Assembly (NCBI RefSeq): GCF_902652985.1
Contig: NC_047026.1
Location: 6,634,001-6,698,000, forward strand
Reading direction: 5' to 3'
Origin: Pecten maximus
Taxonomy: Eukaryota
Length of the DNA stretch: 64,000 nt
Position numbers and translations under genes: made by a program. Each line of letters starts with the position of its first letter. Within the stretch, counting starts at the first letter, position 1. The notes under the pieces are model-generated. The model did no database searches and was not told the origin of the DNA. It was given only the letters and a program-made list of their open reading frames with translations. Positions 25,980 to 40,300 of the stretch are shown piece by piece.

Positions 25980-26612
25980 AAATGAGGATGCATTGATGAT
26001 GAGAATGATGTTTGAGAATACATTAATGATGAGGTTGATGTATTGAGGATGCATAGATGGTGAAGATGATGTTTGAGGATGCATTGATGGTGAAGATGAT
26101 GTTTGAGGATGCATAGATGGTGAAGATGATGTTTGAGGATGCATTGATGGTGAAGATGATGTATTGAGGATGCATTGATGGTGAGGATGATGTATTGAGG
26201 ATGCATTGATGGTGAGGACGATGTATTGAGGATGCATTGATTATAAAGATGATGTATTGGGGATGCATTGATTATAAAGATGATGTATTGGGGATGCATT
26301 GATTATAAAGATGATGTATTGGGGATGCATTGATTATAAAGATGATGTAATGAGGATACATTGATTATAAAGATGATGTAATGAGGATGCATTGATTATA
26401 AAGATGATGTATTGAGGATACATTGATTATAAAGATGATGTATTGAGGATGCATTGATTATAAAGATGATGTATTGAGGATACATTGATTATAAAGATGA
26501 TGTATTGAGGATGCATTGATTATAAAGATGATGTATTGAGGATACATTGATTATAAAGATGATGTAATGAGGATGCATTGATTATAAAGATGATGTATTG
26601 AGGATGCATTGG
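25980..26612. repeat. 30-bp ATG-rich minisatellite (~20 copies)
   Basis: Unit TGAGGATGCATTGATTATAAAGATGATGTAT. The 5' units have GGTGAAG in place of TATAAAG. Confidence 0.9.
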
Positions 26613-28153
26613 TGACTTATGATGACTAGGGAAACCATTAATTGTCGACAATGTTCAGCTAGGTGTTAAGAGATTCATGTTGATGAAAATCATAAGTATC
26701 TCTAAGATTGATATAATGATCGAACTGAGAAGTATATCTTTCTATATTTTTTTATGCAGTATAAAAACGAGTTTCATATTTATTGATATGCATTGTGCTC
26801 TAGTTCTCGCTTTCAGAATGTAACCTAGCCCGGATGTGACGTAGGTAGATTTACATGGCGGGTGTCGTCGATGTAGCAGAAGACGTTTACCCTTCGAAAC
26901 ATGGCCTTATTCTCATTCTACACTCTGTATTCCCCGTTGTCTCAATTTTGTGATTATTCAACCACAGGAACATTATGTCCAACCTAGCAGCTGTTGTATA
27001 GTTATGTTTTCTTTTCAAAGGCATTCAATGTTCGAAATTAGACAAGAAATACTGTTAACGTAAATCAGCCACTTATTGGCCTACATCAGAAATAGGCTTT
27101 TTGGAACTTAATGAATACTTATATCCGCCGTAATTAAACACTTAACTCAAATTAACTGCAAATATATTCAGAAGCACAATTCATTAAAAAGGTTTCTATA
27201 GAACAGTTCGACCCTCTGTTTAAGAAATGAACAAGATATTGAAGTACAAGCTAGTTCCTTCGAACAAGGTAAAATAGTTATTAAGATCTTATCAATGATA
27301 AATTTAATATTTTCAAGACATGTGACTTCACATCGCTTCACTTAACAGTTTATGTCCAACCTCATACTCTTTTAAATTCAGGGGTGATTTAATGCGAACG
27401 CTTTCTGTTCTGCGTGATATCTTTTCTTTCAACGTCCCGTCATAATGCCTCACAGGTAAGCTACAGGTACAAGACAGGTACATATGTACCCGAAACACAG
27501 TCGAAAGAACGAATTATTTCTAACAGGAGTTAATCAGTTGGACAATTTGTGACGTTTTAAATGATGTTCTTGAATATGATCAGTTTTATAAAAGTGTGGT
27601 TATAGATACTTAAACATCTCTATAGAAATGACACAGAATTTTAAAAACAAGAGCACTTAAATATCACGATATGTACGCGATTGAGACTAGTCTGAGAATG
27701 AATGCAAATCAATTTTCGAATGGAGTGATCGAAATTTAATTTAAAACGAACGCTAAAACGCTATGTAATTGTACATTTAATACAAATCTTAACCTTCGAT
27801 TACTAGCATCGGCCTATATCTTATATTGTGCTAATTATTCTGATAACAATACCGCTCGTTAAATATTGGCGTCGGTGTGACAAAAAGATAAATTCCAATT
27901 AAAATGCTTAGCTTCATTGTGAAGTTGATGAGAAACTTTTGATGTATTAAATTGGATATAAGTTCTTGCTGCTTACAAAAGTGATCATACAATGTTCTGA
28001 AAAATAATTAGATTTTGATATTTTTCAAGAAATTGTATGTAGTTCTTCAAAGAATTTGATCAACAATTTCAACTTAAATCATATCATTATGAAACAGTAA
28101 TAAATAAGAAACGCTAAATACCTCTGTAATACCGACATCTTTATTTGTTATAG

Positions 28154-28260
28154 CACTTTGGCGTTATGGCGTTTTGATTTGCAACAGTTTCATGAGTTTT
28201 GGAGTTTACTATTTTATGCAAATCCCAACTGCACTACAAAATGAGATGACCAATAGCTAT
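28154..28260 (+). CDS. Paralogous duplicate of the MFS transporter TM1 exon (alternative exon or remnant of a tandem paralogue)
   Basis: 107-bp exon (TAG|...|GTAAGT) encoding LWRYGVLICNSFMSFGVYYFMQIPTALQNEMTNSY. It has the same length and phases as 34789-34895. Confidence 0.7.
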
Positions 28261-29077
28261 GTAAGTATGTTATTTCTATATCTTAATAATCGGTAAGTGA
28301 TAGACATACGAGCTCTCCATAAGACTTACTAGATGTCTAGATTGCAATATAAAAACGTACAACAACCTTTTCGCACCTACTGAAAATACTCTGGAATTTT
28401 AAATAACCCGCGCTCGCTGACACTGATAACAACATACCATGAAAAAATACTATAACGGACATCGTAAAACACTTTTACGAGGCAAAATGTTACAGCTGTA
28501 CTTAGTCCTTTTCATCTGAAGCGAGTCGTCGGTTTAAAAGGAAAGGATATTAAAATTGTTCAACTAGAACACACTTTATATACAGTGATTCAATATACTT
28601 CTGATGAACTATGTCATCCATAAACGTATATTTACACTTGCAAAGTTTTGTCACTATATAACAATACCAGACCGATTTGTTTACCATTCTTGCATGGAAA
28701 CATTGACCTTTGAACTTGCGTTTGAAAATATGACAGGGTACGGGAACTACTTTCGCCAAGCACATATGGCTTTGTTTACATTTACAATTTAAGTTACGCT
28801 TTGTTTACCATTGTTAAATGTATAAAAATAACATGTTTGACGATATTAAATATGATAATCTATCAAAATGTTTTTGTTATTTATGTTAATATCATAATAA
28901 AAAACAGACCTATTTTTTACCGCGGAAAAAAAGTCTCAATTTGTTGTGAAGTGTCACCATTGGCTGTTCTAATAATTGACTCCTCCCACTGTGTCCGACT
29001 TTTATATGATTTTTTTATTTACAAAGAAAAAATATTGTAATCACAAAGACTTATAGAAACAACATCCGTAAGTGTAA

Positions 29078-29239
29078 ATATAGGGATTGGATTTCACTTT
29101 TATGTTAACCATGCTTTTATGGAGCAATTCCTCTAAGAATATATTCTAAATGGGGCGCTAGCGCCCCATAGAATATATTCTTAGAGGAATTGCTCCATAA
29201 AAGCATGGTTAACATAAAAGTGAAATCCAATCCCTATAT
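29078..29239. mobile_element. Solo ~160-bp palindrome (MITE-like or Crypton-like hairpin)
   Basis: Arms TATAGGGATTGGATTTCACTTTTATGTTAACC... and ...GGTTAACATAAAAGTGAAATCCAATCCCTATA around the centre GGGGCGCTAGCGCCCC. Confidence 0.8.
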
Positions 29240-29244
29240 AACTA

Positions 29245-31650
29245 CAAAACTACGGCTTCCATAGAAATGTTAACAGTTTCACGAAACCTTACGCTCTCCC
29301 GTCGATATTGCGCAAGCTTTTGGTAATTACTTCCAGTCTGTTTATAAGGTTAATTCTAGGCCGGCAGAAATGTTCGACGCCGAACTTGATGACCCTAAGG
29401 ACATTTTCGATCACGATGATCTAAACAGAAATATAAACTTCGACGAAGTTGAGTGCGCTATCCGAGGTTTGAAATTCAACAAAGCACCCGGAGTAGATCT
29501 TATTCAAAACGAGCATTTACGATATGGAGGACGGACTCTGATATCGTGTCTTCAAAAACTCTTCGCCAAATGTCTGGAGCATGAGCACGTGCCCAATGTA
29601 TGGAAACGAGGTATAATTCTTCCCATATTCAAAGGCGGTAACAAATCTCGCGGTGATCCCGCAAGCTACAGGCCAATTACTCTTTTATGCTGTACATACA
29701 AACTTTTTGAATCGGTGATCAATAACAGAATTCATGACAGTCTAAAGACTTCACTTTTATCATTCCCAAACGACCAACAGAACGGTTTCCGCAAGTCTCT
29801 CAGTTGTACAACTGCCACATTTTCTCTCCAAGAAACAATTTTTCATAACATAGAGTTAGGAAGCAAAGTGTTTGTTGCATTCCTGGATATAAAAAAGGCT
29901 TTCGATACCGTCTGGCACACAGGCCTTTTTCGTAAACTCACTAATGTCGGCATCACAGGCCATCTGCTTAACACCATTCGCGAGGCGTACAAGGGTATGT
30001 CGAGCGCCGTGACGTGGCAGGGTATGACGTCACATTGGTTTCCCGTTGAATCTGGAGTCCTACAAGGTGGTGTTTTATCTACTTTTCTTTATCAAACGTT
30101 TATTGATAACCTACTTGACTATCTAAGTAAAAGCAAACATGGCGCCGTTATCGATAGGATCCCTTCTGGGAATCCAACTCTGGCAGATGACATCACCCTC
30201 ATCAGCACATCTCCGCGTTCGCTACAACACCTGTTGAACATTTGTCAGGAATATATCATGAAGTGGAAGTTCGAGTTCAGTGATACAAAGTGCAAAGTTT
30301 TAGTAATCGGAAACTACATTCCAAGGAATCCGAATGAAACATGGACACTAGGCCATCATACCCTTGATATCTCACACTCCCAAACTCACCTGGGTACAGT
30401 GTTTTCGTCCAAACTGTCTAACACCGAACGTATCACCAACGCTTGTGATAAAGGTAGAAGAACCTTACATTCTATTGTTGGTGTAGCTCCCTCCTTATCT
30501 GCAATAAGTCCTGTCGTTAAAACCAGTCTCTACATGAAAGTCGTTTTACCGTCGATTCTGTATGGGTGTGAACATTGGACTAATCTCACAGTAACAGAAA
30601 TCTCCAAGATTGCTTGTTTTCAACACTACGCTGTAAAACTCATACTTGGTTTACCACGTCGTACAAGGTCAGATATAGCCGAACCTATACTTGGTCTTTT
30701 CAGAATCTCAGCAGAAGTCGACCGGAGGAAACTACTGTTTCTACAAAAAAATGATAGCTATGGACCAATCCTATCTGCCGAAGCAAATTTTTACCATACG
30801 TCTACATTTATATATTTCAGTGTTACCCAACACACCAGCTAACCATAAAGGATATTTCCCTGATATAGTTAAAGTACTCCGGAAATACAATCTTCTTTAT
30901 TATTTGGAGACATATCTACGGTCTTACATATTTCCAACCAAGTCCCAATGGAAACGCATAGTGAAATCCACTATTAGGTCCTACGAAAACTCGGCTCTCA
31001 AGGAACGTATGGCAAATGATAATGACTTCTCCTTTTCCCCAAAAGATTCATTGCTCATATGACCTATATAGCTTGTGGCATGCTGCGGAATCTCCGTCCG
31101 ATATGCAAAACATTTATTATATATGTTCTGTGTTGGCTCTGCCTAGTGGCCTTGCCGATGAACAATGCCCACTCTGCACAATGTCTCATGACGTCGCAGT
31201 AATTCATCTGTGTGCTGATTGTATAGTCAATATTGCTCTAAAACAAAGCTTTATGGAAGACATTATCATTACCTTCGGTCCAACTGTATTCCATTTCATT
31301 GAGAGAATGGATGCTACTGCCTTCACCCGCACCATATTAGGAGCCAATACAGGAATTCCCTTCATTGACGATACAGACTATGAACAATTCCTCATGAAAT
31401 CTGTTCGATTTGTCGCTCGTGTTACGCGATGTCTGTTGTAATGTCTTGACTTAACCCAACGTAACTGTTTCGCGCGGACATGAAAATCCCTTTCAATGCC
31501 GCGCTTGCATCTCGATGTATATACATTTTCTTTTCTTTTTTTTTCTTCTTTCGCGTTTTCTTCTAATTCCTCTGTTCATTTACTTTTTTTATGTCGATTT
31601 CCTTGTATTTAAAATCTCCAACCGGAGGAAATAAAGTATGATGATGATGA
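29245..31650 (+). mobile_element. 5'-truncated non-LTR retrotransposon (RTE/RTE-X-like): RT domain, C-terminal CCHC and (ATG)n tail, with two frameshifts
   Basis: RT motifs KAPGVD, YRPITLL, QQNGFR, FLDIKKAFDTVWH, GVLQGGVLS, LADD and ILYGCEHW, then CPLC....H...C in 31016-31441. Ends AATAAAGT(ATG)n at about 31630-31650. Clade assignment is tentative. Confidence 0.88.
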
Positions 31651-33715
31651 TGTCAGTGTACCTACTGACAACGTATCCTGTCAGTGTACCTACTGACAAC
31701 GTATCCTGTCAGTGTACCTACTGACAACGTACCGTGATAATGAACCTACTGAAAACGTATCCTGTCACAGTACCTACTGACAACATATCCTGTCAGTGTA
31801 CCTACTGACAACGTACCGTGATAATGAACCTACTGAAAACGTATCCTGTCAGTGTACCTACTGAAAACGTATCCTGTCAGTGTTAATACTGACAACGTAT
31901 CCTGTCAGTGTACCTACTGACAACGTATCCTGTCAGTGTACCTACTGACAACGTATCCTGTCAGTGTACCTACAGACAACGTATCCTGTCAGTGTACCTA
32001 CTGACAACGTATCCTGTCAGTGTACCTACTGACAACGTATCCTGTCAGTGTACCTACTGAAAACGTATCCTGTCAGTGTTACTACTGACAACGTACCGTG
32101 ATAATGAACCTACTGAAAACGTATCCTGTCAGTGTACCTACTGAAAACGTATCCTGTCAGTGTTACTACTGACAACGTATCCTGTCAGTGTACCTACTGA
32201 CAACGTATCCTGTCAGTGTACCTACTGACAACGTATCCTATCAGTGTACCTACTGACAACGTATCCTGTCAGTGTACCTACTGACAACGTATCCTGTCAG
32301 TGTACCTACAGACAACGTATCCTGTCAGTGTACCTACTGACAACGTATCCTGTCAGTGTACCTACTGACAACGTATCCTGTCAGTGTACCTACTGACAAC
32401 GTATACTGTCAGTGTACCTACTGACAACGTATCCTGTCAGTGTACCTACTGACAACGTATCCTGTCAGTGTACCTACTGACAACGTATCCTGTCAGTGTA
32501 CCTACTGACGACGTATCCTGTCAGTGTACCTACTGACAACGTATCCTGTCAGTGTACCTACTGACAACGTACCCTGATAATGAACCTACTGACAACGTAT
32601 CCTGTCACAGTACCTACTGACAACGTATCCTGTCAGTGTACCTACTGAAAACGTACCTGATAATGAACCTACTGACAACGTATCCTGTCAGTGTACCTAC
32701 TGACAACGTATCCTGATAATAAACCTACTGACAACGTATCCTGTCAGTGTACCTACTGACAACGTATCCTGTCAGTGTACCTACTGACAACGTACCCTGA
32801 TAATGAACCTACTGACAACGTATCCTGTCACAGTACCTACTGACAACATATCCTGTCAGTGTACCTACTGACAACGTATCCTGTCAGTGTACCTACTGAA
32901 AACGTATCCTGTCAGTGTTACTACTGACAACGTACCGTGATAATGAACCTACTGAAAACGTATCCTGTCAGTGTACCTACTGAAAACGTATCCTGTCAGT
33001 GTTACTACTGACAACGTATCCTGTCAGTGTACCTACTGACAACGTATCCTGTCAGTGTACCTACTGACAACGTATCCTGTCAGTGTACCTACTGACAACG
33101 TATCCTGTCAGTGTACCTACTGACAACGTATCCTGTCAGTGTACCTACAGACAACGTATCCTGTCAGTGTACCTACTGACAACGTATCCTGTCAGTGTAC
33201 CTACTGACAACGTATCCTGTCAGTGTACCTACTGACAACGTATACTGTCAGTGTACCTACTGACAACGTATCCTGTCAGTGTACCTACTGACAACGTATC
33301 CTGTCAGTGTACCTACTGACAACGTATCCTGTCAGTGTACCTACTGACGACGTATCCTGTCAGTGTACCTACTGACAACGTATCCTGTCAGTGTACCTAC
33401 TGACAACGTACCCTGATAATGAACCTACTGACAACGTATCCTGTCACAGTACCTACTGACAACGTATCCTGTCAGTGTACCTACTGAAAACGTACCTGAT
33501 AATGAACCTACTGACAACGTATCCTGTCAGTGTACCTACTGACAACGTATCCTGATAATAAACCTACTGACAACGTATCCTGTCAGTGTACCTACTGACA
33601 ACGTATCCTGTCAGTGTGCCTACTGACAACGTACCCTGATAATGAACCTACTGACAACGTATCCTGTCACAGTACCTACTGACAACATATCCTGTCAGTG
33701 TACCTACTAACAACG
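31651..33715. repeat. 28-bp satellite (~74 units) with an internal hairpin and an 839-bp higher-order duplication
   Basis: Unit TGTCAGT-GTACCT-ACTGACA-ACGTATCC. Rare variants recur exactly 839 bp apart (32401/33240; 32510/33349). Confidence 0.95.
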
Positions 33716-34303
33716 CACTCTAACAATATACATGTACTTACTTATAATCTATAAGAACAATGTACCGTCTGACAATTATATTACTACGTGTACTATATTT
33801 ATATCACTGTCCGCCTGAAAAAGCATGAGAGGCTAGAAAGATTTGTGTTTACTGTCATATGGTAGGTACATCTTCAGTGATGCGAAGTTTAATGTGATGG
33901 TAATCTACATCGAATCGTACTATCAGAAAATCGATCTACTTTATAATTGTCTGTAATGACACACATATAAAAATATTACCTTTTTATGATGAAATATAAT
34001 TATTCGGTGAAGTGAAGTCTTAAATCACAATGCATTTACAAAGTAAATGGGAAGATAGGAGAATGTATATATACGTGTTTATCGTACCGTACAATGGGGT
34101 CGGTCATATATTGTTTTGATACTGAACCTTCCTGAATTCTGTTGAAAAGTAAAATAGGCGTGGATTGGGAGGTACAATGTCATTTGCTACGGGCGTCAAG
34201 GATTTTAAGGCTATCTAGCTGTTCTTGTCTTCTGCTACCCAGTTGTGACGCTTTACGACGACATAGAGAATTTTACAAGTTTTGTGTACTCAGAGAGAAG
34301 ACA

Positions 34304-37300
34304 ATGTCAGGTAAGAATAGCCTTTAGTAGCCAACACTTTCGATGCCATGTGGGATCTGTGGATCTCTGTTTTAAAATATCATTATGTTTGTTGTGGAGC
34401 CCTTTTTATGTTATATATGGAGAGTTGATTTAAATGTAATCGACTTTTACAATGCTCCGATCGGTTTCCCAAGTCATCGGAAATCCGTGGATGTTAAAAG
34501 ACATACGCTTTATCTAAGGACAATTTTAGATTTAGATTTAAATTTCCGGAACTGTCGATATTCATGGTGTGTTAGACATCTTTAAAGTAAATATTTCCTA
34601 TGTTTTACATAATAATGTAGAGGCTGAACTACACTACCAATTTATTCAAAGTCACCTTTATTAACTTCGGGACTTTTTGAAAACTCTTCATAGGCAGTAA
34701 TTGCCATTTTGCATCGCACGATTTAAAAAGCTTAATAAGGTCAGAATATTGAACGACCATTTTATACTAACATATCTTTTTTTTGTAGCATGTTGGCGAT
34801 ATGGAATGCTATTTTGCAACAGTTTCACAGTTTTTGGAGTTTACTATTTCATGCAAATTCCAACGGCCCTACAAAACGAACTGACAAACAGTTCCGTAAG
34901 TATATTAGTTTTTTTTACCAGGAAGAGATAGACGTTTAACTTTTATACAATACTTCTATTATTAGCAGATTTATTTTTACATAATATATAACGACATTAT
35001 CTCACATCCTTGTGAAATTATTCCGCATTATTTAGAATCCAGATCTCAATGAGCTTGATATCAACACACCAAAACATGACGATAAAATAAATTATGTAGG
35101 AAAGCTTTTTAAGGAATCCGCAATCGCAGTCGTATCCGAAATGGAAACTTGGATATGCATTATCGAAGTAATATCGAAAAATAAATAAATAATTAAACAA
35201 ACAAATAGATCAATAAAAAAATACCCAAATCATGAGTAGAGATTCCCCTTTACACTGGTAATTTCCGTTTAAGACTGAAATAGTTTTTTTTATCTTTAAA
35301 GATTACACCAGCTGTTATGTTCATTAGACTATACATTGCGACACATCAGATACTTTACATAATGGACCTTTTGAGATCATGTATATATATCTAGATATCG
35401 TTGATAGATAAAAGAATATTCTACCATGTTTGCTATGCAAGGCCAGTTTTGATTGGTTTAAAACCATGTATTATTTTCCAATAACCCACGCTCGTGCCAA
35501 TAATACACGCTCGTGCCAATAATACACGGTCGGGAGTCACGGCTATAACAATTTTATATATCTAATATTCACCCGTTTTATTAAGGGTTACTATAGCCGA
35601 GTGGGCTAATGGGTTAGTCTTTCATTAATTTTTATCACGACGCGAGTTCGAATCCTACGGAGGCCCAACTTTTTTTTAATTTTCAAAATCAATGCCATAT
35701 GAAAGATGCTCTTGATCGTAGTACTGTATTGCCTGTATATTTCATCAACAAATAATGCAATACTCAAGAAATAAATTACAAGGTTTTCTCAGGGTTTCTT
35801 TGCTGTTTTTCTATTAGAAAGAGGTCGATCTAAGAACCAAACAGTACATGGTAGAATAGAAATACCTTCGTTATTAATTCAATTGCAAAATATACTCGTC
35901 CTCGTTGTATATCCTGCCATAATACACGAACCATCGTTAATTATTTCTTAAATAAAATATAGCATTTTGCTTGCATGGATAAAACTGGCAAATATTTTGA
36001 ATGTATGTTTTGACGTCTAGCATATATTTGTGAATCGACTGAAAAATGTTTCCGACTAATCGTGCAAAAATGAAACCCAGCGAATGGTTAGGAACTTTAC
36101 TAAAAACAACGATAATGTGCGTTTATTTTCTGTTCAGCTGTATAGGCTTAACATGAAATACCCCCTTTCTTAATAGGCCAAATCGACTTAACATGACACA
36201 TGGATAAGGAATCTGAGACAAATATGACAATTAAGATTAAGAAACAAACACATAGAAGTAGATAGGTGACTGATATATCATAAGGAGTTGACGAAGAAGC
36301 AACAGAAGGACTCCCATAGAGAGCAACTGTGTAGCATTTTATCGTCAGCTATTTAATATACAACGGTATCATTTAGTTGATAAAATTGGTTTGGTTTGGT
36401 TTATTTAGTTTAACGTCCTATTAACAGCTAAGGTCATTTAAGGACGGCCTCCCGTGCGTGAGACATGCATGCGTGTGGTGAGTGCGTATGTGTGTTTTGG
36501 GAGGCTGCGGTATGTTCGTGTTGAGTCTCCTTGTGATAGGCCGGAACTTTTGCCGATTTATAGTGCTACCTCACTGAAGCATACTGCCGAAGACACCCAG
36601 CAGCACACCCCACCCGGTCACATTATACTGACAACGGGCGAACAAGTCGTCCCACTCCTAATAGGCTGAGCGCTAAGCAAGGAGCAGCAACTACCATTTT
36701 TAAAGACTCTGGTATGTCTCGGCTAGGGGACAGGGCCCAAAGCCTTCCTCACAGGGGCGAACGCTCAACAAGTTGTGTTATATACAAAGTCGCCACGTGA
36801 TGAATAGCAACAAAATGTATGATATATAATATGTCACCACGTGATGAATGAAAACAATATGTAATACCTCCAAAGGCACCATGAAATGAAAGACAACAAA
36901 CCCTATGTTTCACCTCGTGATGAATGACAAGTTGCATGACGTACAAAGACACCAAATGATGAATGACAACAAACTGTATAATGTATAAAGACGCCACGTG
37001 ATTAATGACAACAAAATGTATATTGTACGAGAACACCATTTATTTGATGAATGACAACAAAATGGATGCTGTACGAAGACACCACTTGATCAATGACGAC
37101 AAACTGTATGGTGCACGAGGACACCACGTAATAAAAAATGACAATCTGCAGTATGTACTTGATTGATGACGATAGTTCTGAGTTAGAATCATTATATAAC
37201 TCAATCTAAAGCCTAAATCCATATGGAAATACAAATAGGAATATGTACCAAAAGTTTTGTTAAATTAGGATTGTGCCTTCGTTTTATCGATTCTATGGGA

Positions 37301-40300
37301 TGACCAGTCGAATCCGTTTCGTTGCGATTTGCTTCGTTTCGCACTTAACAGGTACGCCCAATCAAGATGGTCACAAGACAAATTCTGTAAATACGAATCT
37401 TGTCGGCCAATGAATAATATTTCGTGCCAAGTGTTTATCCCATTCTGCATTCCGGTATTTACTGATGCCGGTCTTATCAATTTTTCCCTTACGATGTCAA
37501 CTCCAGGAGGGACGACGGAGCTGTATGATGAAGTGTATATCCATTATACGACATAACAAAGAATTGATAGTTATAAGTGCTATTCAACTGCAAATATTTA
37601 CCATTGTATGGCACTGCCACTATATAACCCTATCATATTCAGTTGCGAGTTCACCAGCTTATGAACTGCCAACTGAAATTTGAATTTGAAAATTTCAACA
37701 ACAACAAAAATCGCACGACAAATAAAAAATCGCAGATGGTAAATATAAGCATTGAACGGCTTTCAGTTGGCATTCATAGTCAATATGAATGCCAACTGGA
37801 CAGAGGCAAATTCAACATGAAGCGCTAGCATGGAATTTGCCTCTGTCCAGTTGGCATTCATATTGACTATGAATGCCAACTAAAAGCCGTTCAATGCTTA
37901 AATAATACTAACTTGAGTACAGATCGAGATAGTTGATGCCAATATTTTCCAATTTACAGAATGCATATATCGTATCAAACAACACCAGGAACCAGACCGA
38001 GTGTAAAGTGTGTCTAGGTCTCGGAGAGGTCCGATATAATATATTATTCTCCGTTACAAGATGGGCGTAAGTACAGATGTTCTCGTAAATTGGTAGTCTT
38101 ATTTTTGGTATCTAAAAAGGACCAATTAGTTTAGGATTCCATGCTTCCGATTTCCTTTTCTTCGAAAATATCAAAGATCAAAGCCTGATTATGTATTTAT
38201 ATATATCTGTTATTAAAAGTAAATAATGTCCGTGTGGTGGTTATACATAGTAATAATAATTAAAAAAAATACAAACCAGAAATTACACTAGCGCTTTCAC
38301 ATGCTTTGAGAGCAAGCTCTTCAGGTGTACGAGCTTGCTCTCAAAGCATGTGAAAGCGCTTGTAATTTTCTGGTTTGTGTTTTTTATTATTATTACTATA
38401 TACCTGTAAATTGTTTTCCTATAAATGCTCACTGACTTTGTTCAATATAATGATTTCCAATGCTTATAGTGTTCAATACTTACATACATAACAGCGATAT
38501 TTTGCCATCATCAAGTATCAAACACCTTTCTTTAAAATCCATGTCTAAATACGTTTAACTTCTATTGGCTTACATATATCACTCCCTTAACATGCAAATA
38601 TAATCATTACACAAATTTTAGTGGGAAACAAGACATAAATATCAATTTTGCAGTTCGTTTGGCGTGTGTCTACCATCGGGGCTCGTTATCGACAGACTTG
38701 GTAACGGTAGTAAGTAATTTTGGTTTGGTTTGGGTTTTAAATGTTTTTAACCTCCTATTAACAGCTGTTATTAAAAAACGAAAGTGATTTTATATAATTG
38801 ATATTTCTGTTTATGTCCACTTTCAATCTGCAGAGATTTGCTGTTGATTTTGTTAGATCAAATGTATGTAAACCTCTCTTCTTATGTGAATCCATGAATA
38901 CCGATACCGCCACTTTACAATAAAGAAGCCAGTTCAATAAGTAATAATATCATATATCATCATATATCAATGTCCATGGCATTATCATAACCGTTTGTGT
39001 AATTTCGTATTGTAGAAACATACATAAATGTACGATTTACATTGTCTACCGATAAGATTCTCTGACTGCTTATGAAAAAAACATGTAAAGAACATCTGCG
39101 ATTCGTTTCATCTTGTTTTTGGTTTTTTCTTCAGGTTCTGCGATATTTTTCAGTTCATTGGTTCTGCTCGGCTCGATTCTGTTCGCTGTTGGAGCAACGT
39201 CTCATCCCCCTGTGACTACACCGATGTACATACTGATGGTGACTGGATATGGTTTCCTGGCGTTTGGGAGATACATCTCTACGTTGTATGTATTTAAGAC
39301 AGCATTCAAATGTAAATATATGTTATATTTGAATTCCTCGAATTGTCATGAAAAACAACACTTACCGTTAAATGATTGGAGCTTTAGTTGCGCAGTTTGT
39401 ACAATCATTTAATGATGGCAGTCTTTGGATTAAAGGTCGTGTGAAAGTTCGAGCGGATGTGGCATCTGATAAGATTTACATATGTACAAAGATATTTCCA
39501 TGTCTCCAGGTCGTTTTATGTTCACGTGTAAGTAATTTTTATTTACTACTTACTATTTAAGCATTGATGTCATTTTTTTTTAGTTTCATCGGGGTATGAA
39601 ACAAATTTTGTTTGCAAACTGTATGAATCCGCGTAGCGGATTCTTACAGAAGTTTGCAAACAAAATTTGTTTCATACCCCGATGAAACTAAAAAAAATTG
39701 ACATCAACGCTTATAATTAATTTTTAAACATGATTTTCTGATTTAAAACATGTTTTAGGTACAATTTTACTGGATTTAAATGGGATTCTTTTTCTCAAAT
39801 CAATACGCAACGTCAATTGCCGTATTGTGACGTCACATTTTTCGCGTCATTGTAGGAATTTCTTTCAAAGAAGAATGAAAAGATTTTTTTCGACCAATCA
39901 CATTTGAGTATTTACCATGAAAACAAAGAAAATTAATTATTGTCCAATGAAATTGTAACATATTTAATAAGCGCTAGTATATGTTATTTGCTATAGGATA
40001 GTATTTATGTAAACATTACGTTTTGGTAAATGGATGCTTAGTAACCGAGTTATTATGTATTATTGATGGAATCAAGATAACTGTGGGCATATTTATGTCA
40101 TTTAGTGCATCACTGCAAATGTTCACATTGTCTTTGAATCTCACATTTTGCTAATTGTTGCATTTCTTTTTCTTTTTGTTTTCCAAATGAAAAAGATAAT
40201 TTATAGATTTTAAAATATATTTTACTTTCCTAGCAACACATATTATTTGTTTGTCTTCTACAACAATGTGTGCAGTCTAATATCATAATAGTCTTTTATC

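Noticed and set aside
25949-26299. His/Ser-rich ORFs (also 11575-11871 and 44456-44950)
   Set aside because: Translations of ATG/CAT-rich repeats.
31651-33715. CRISPR array or ribozyme repeat (palindromic 28-mer containing CTGAC)
   Set aside because: There are no unique spacers, and the unit lacks the CUGANGA plus GAAA arrangement.
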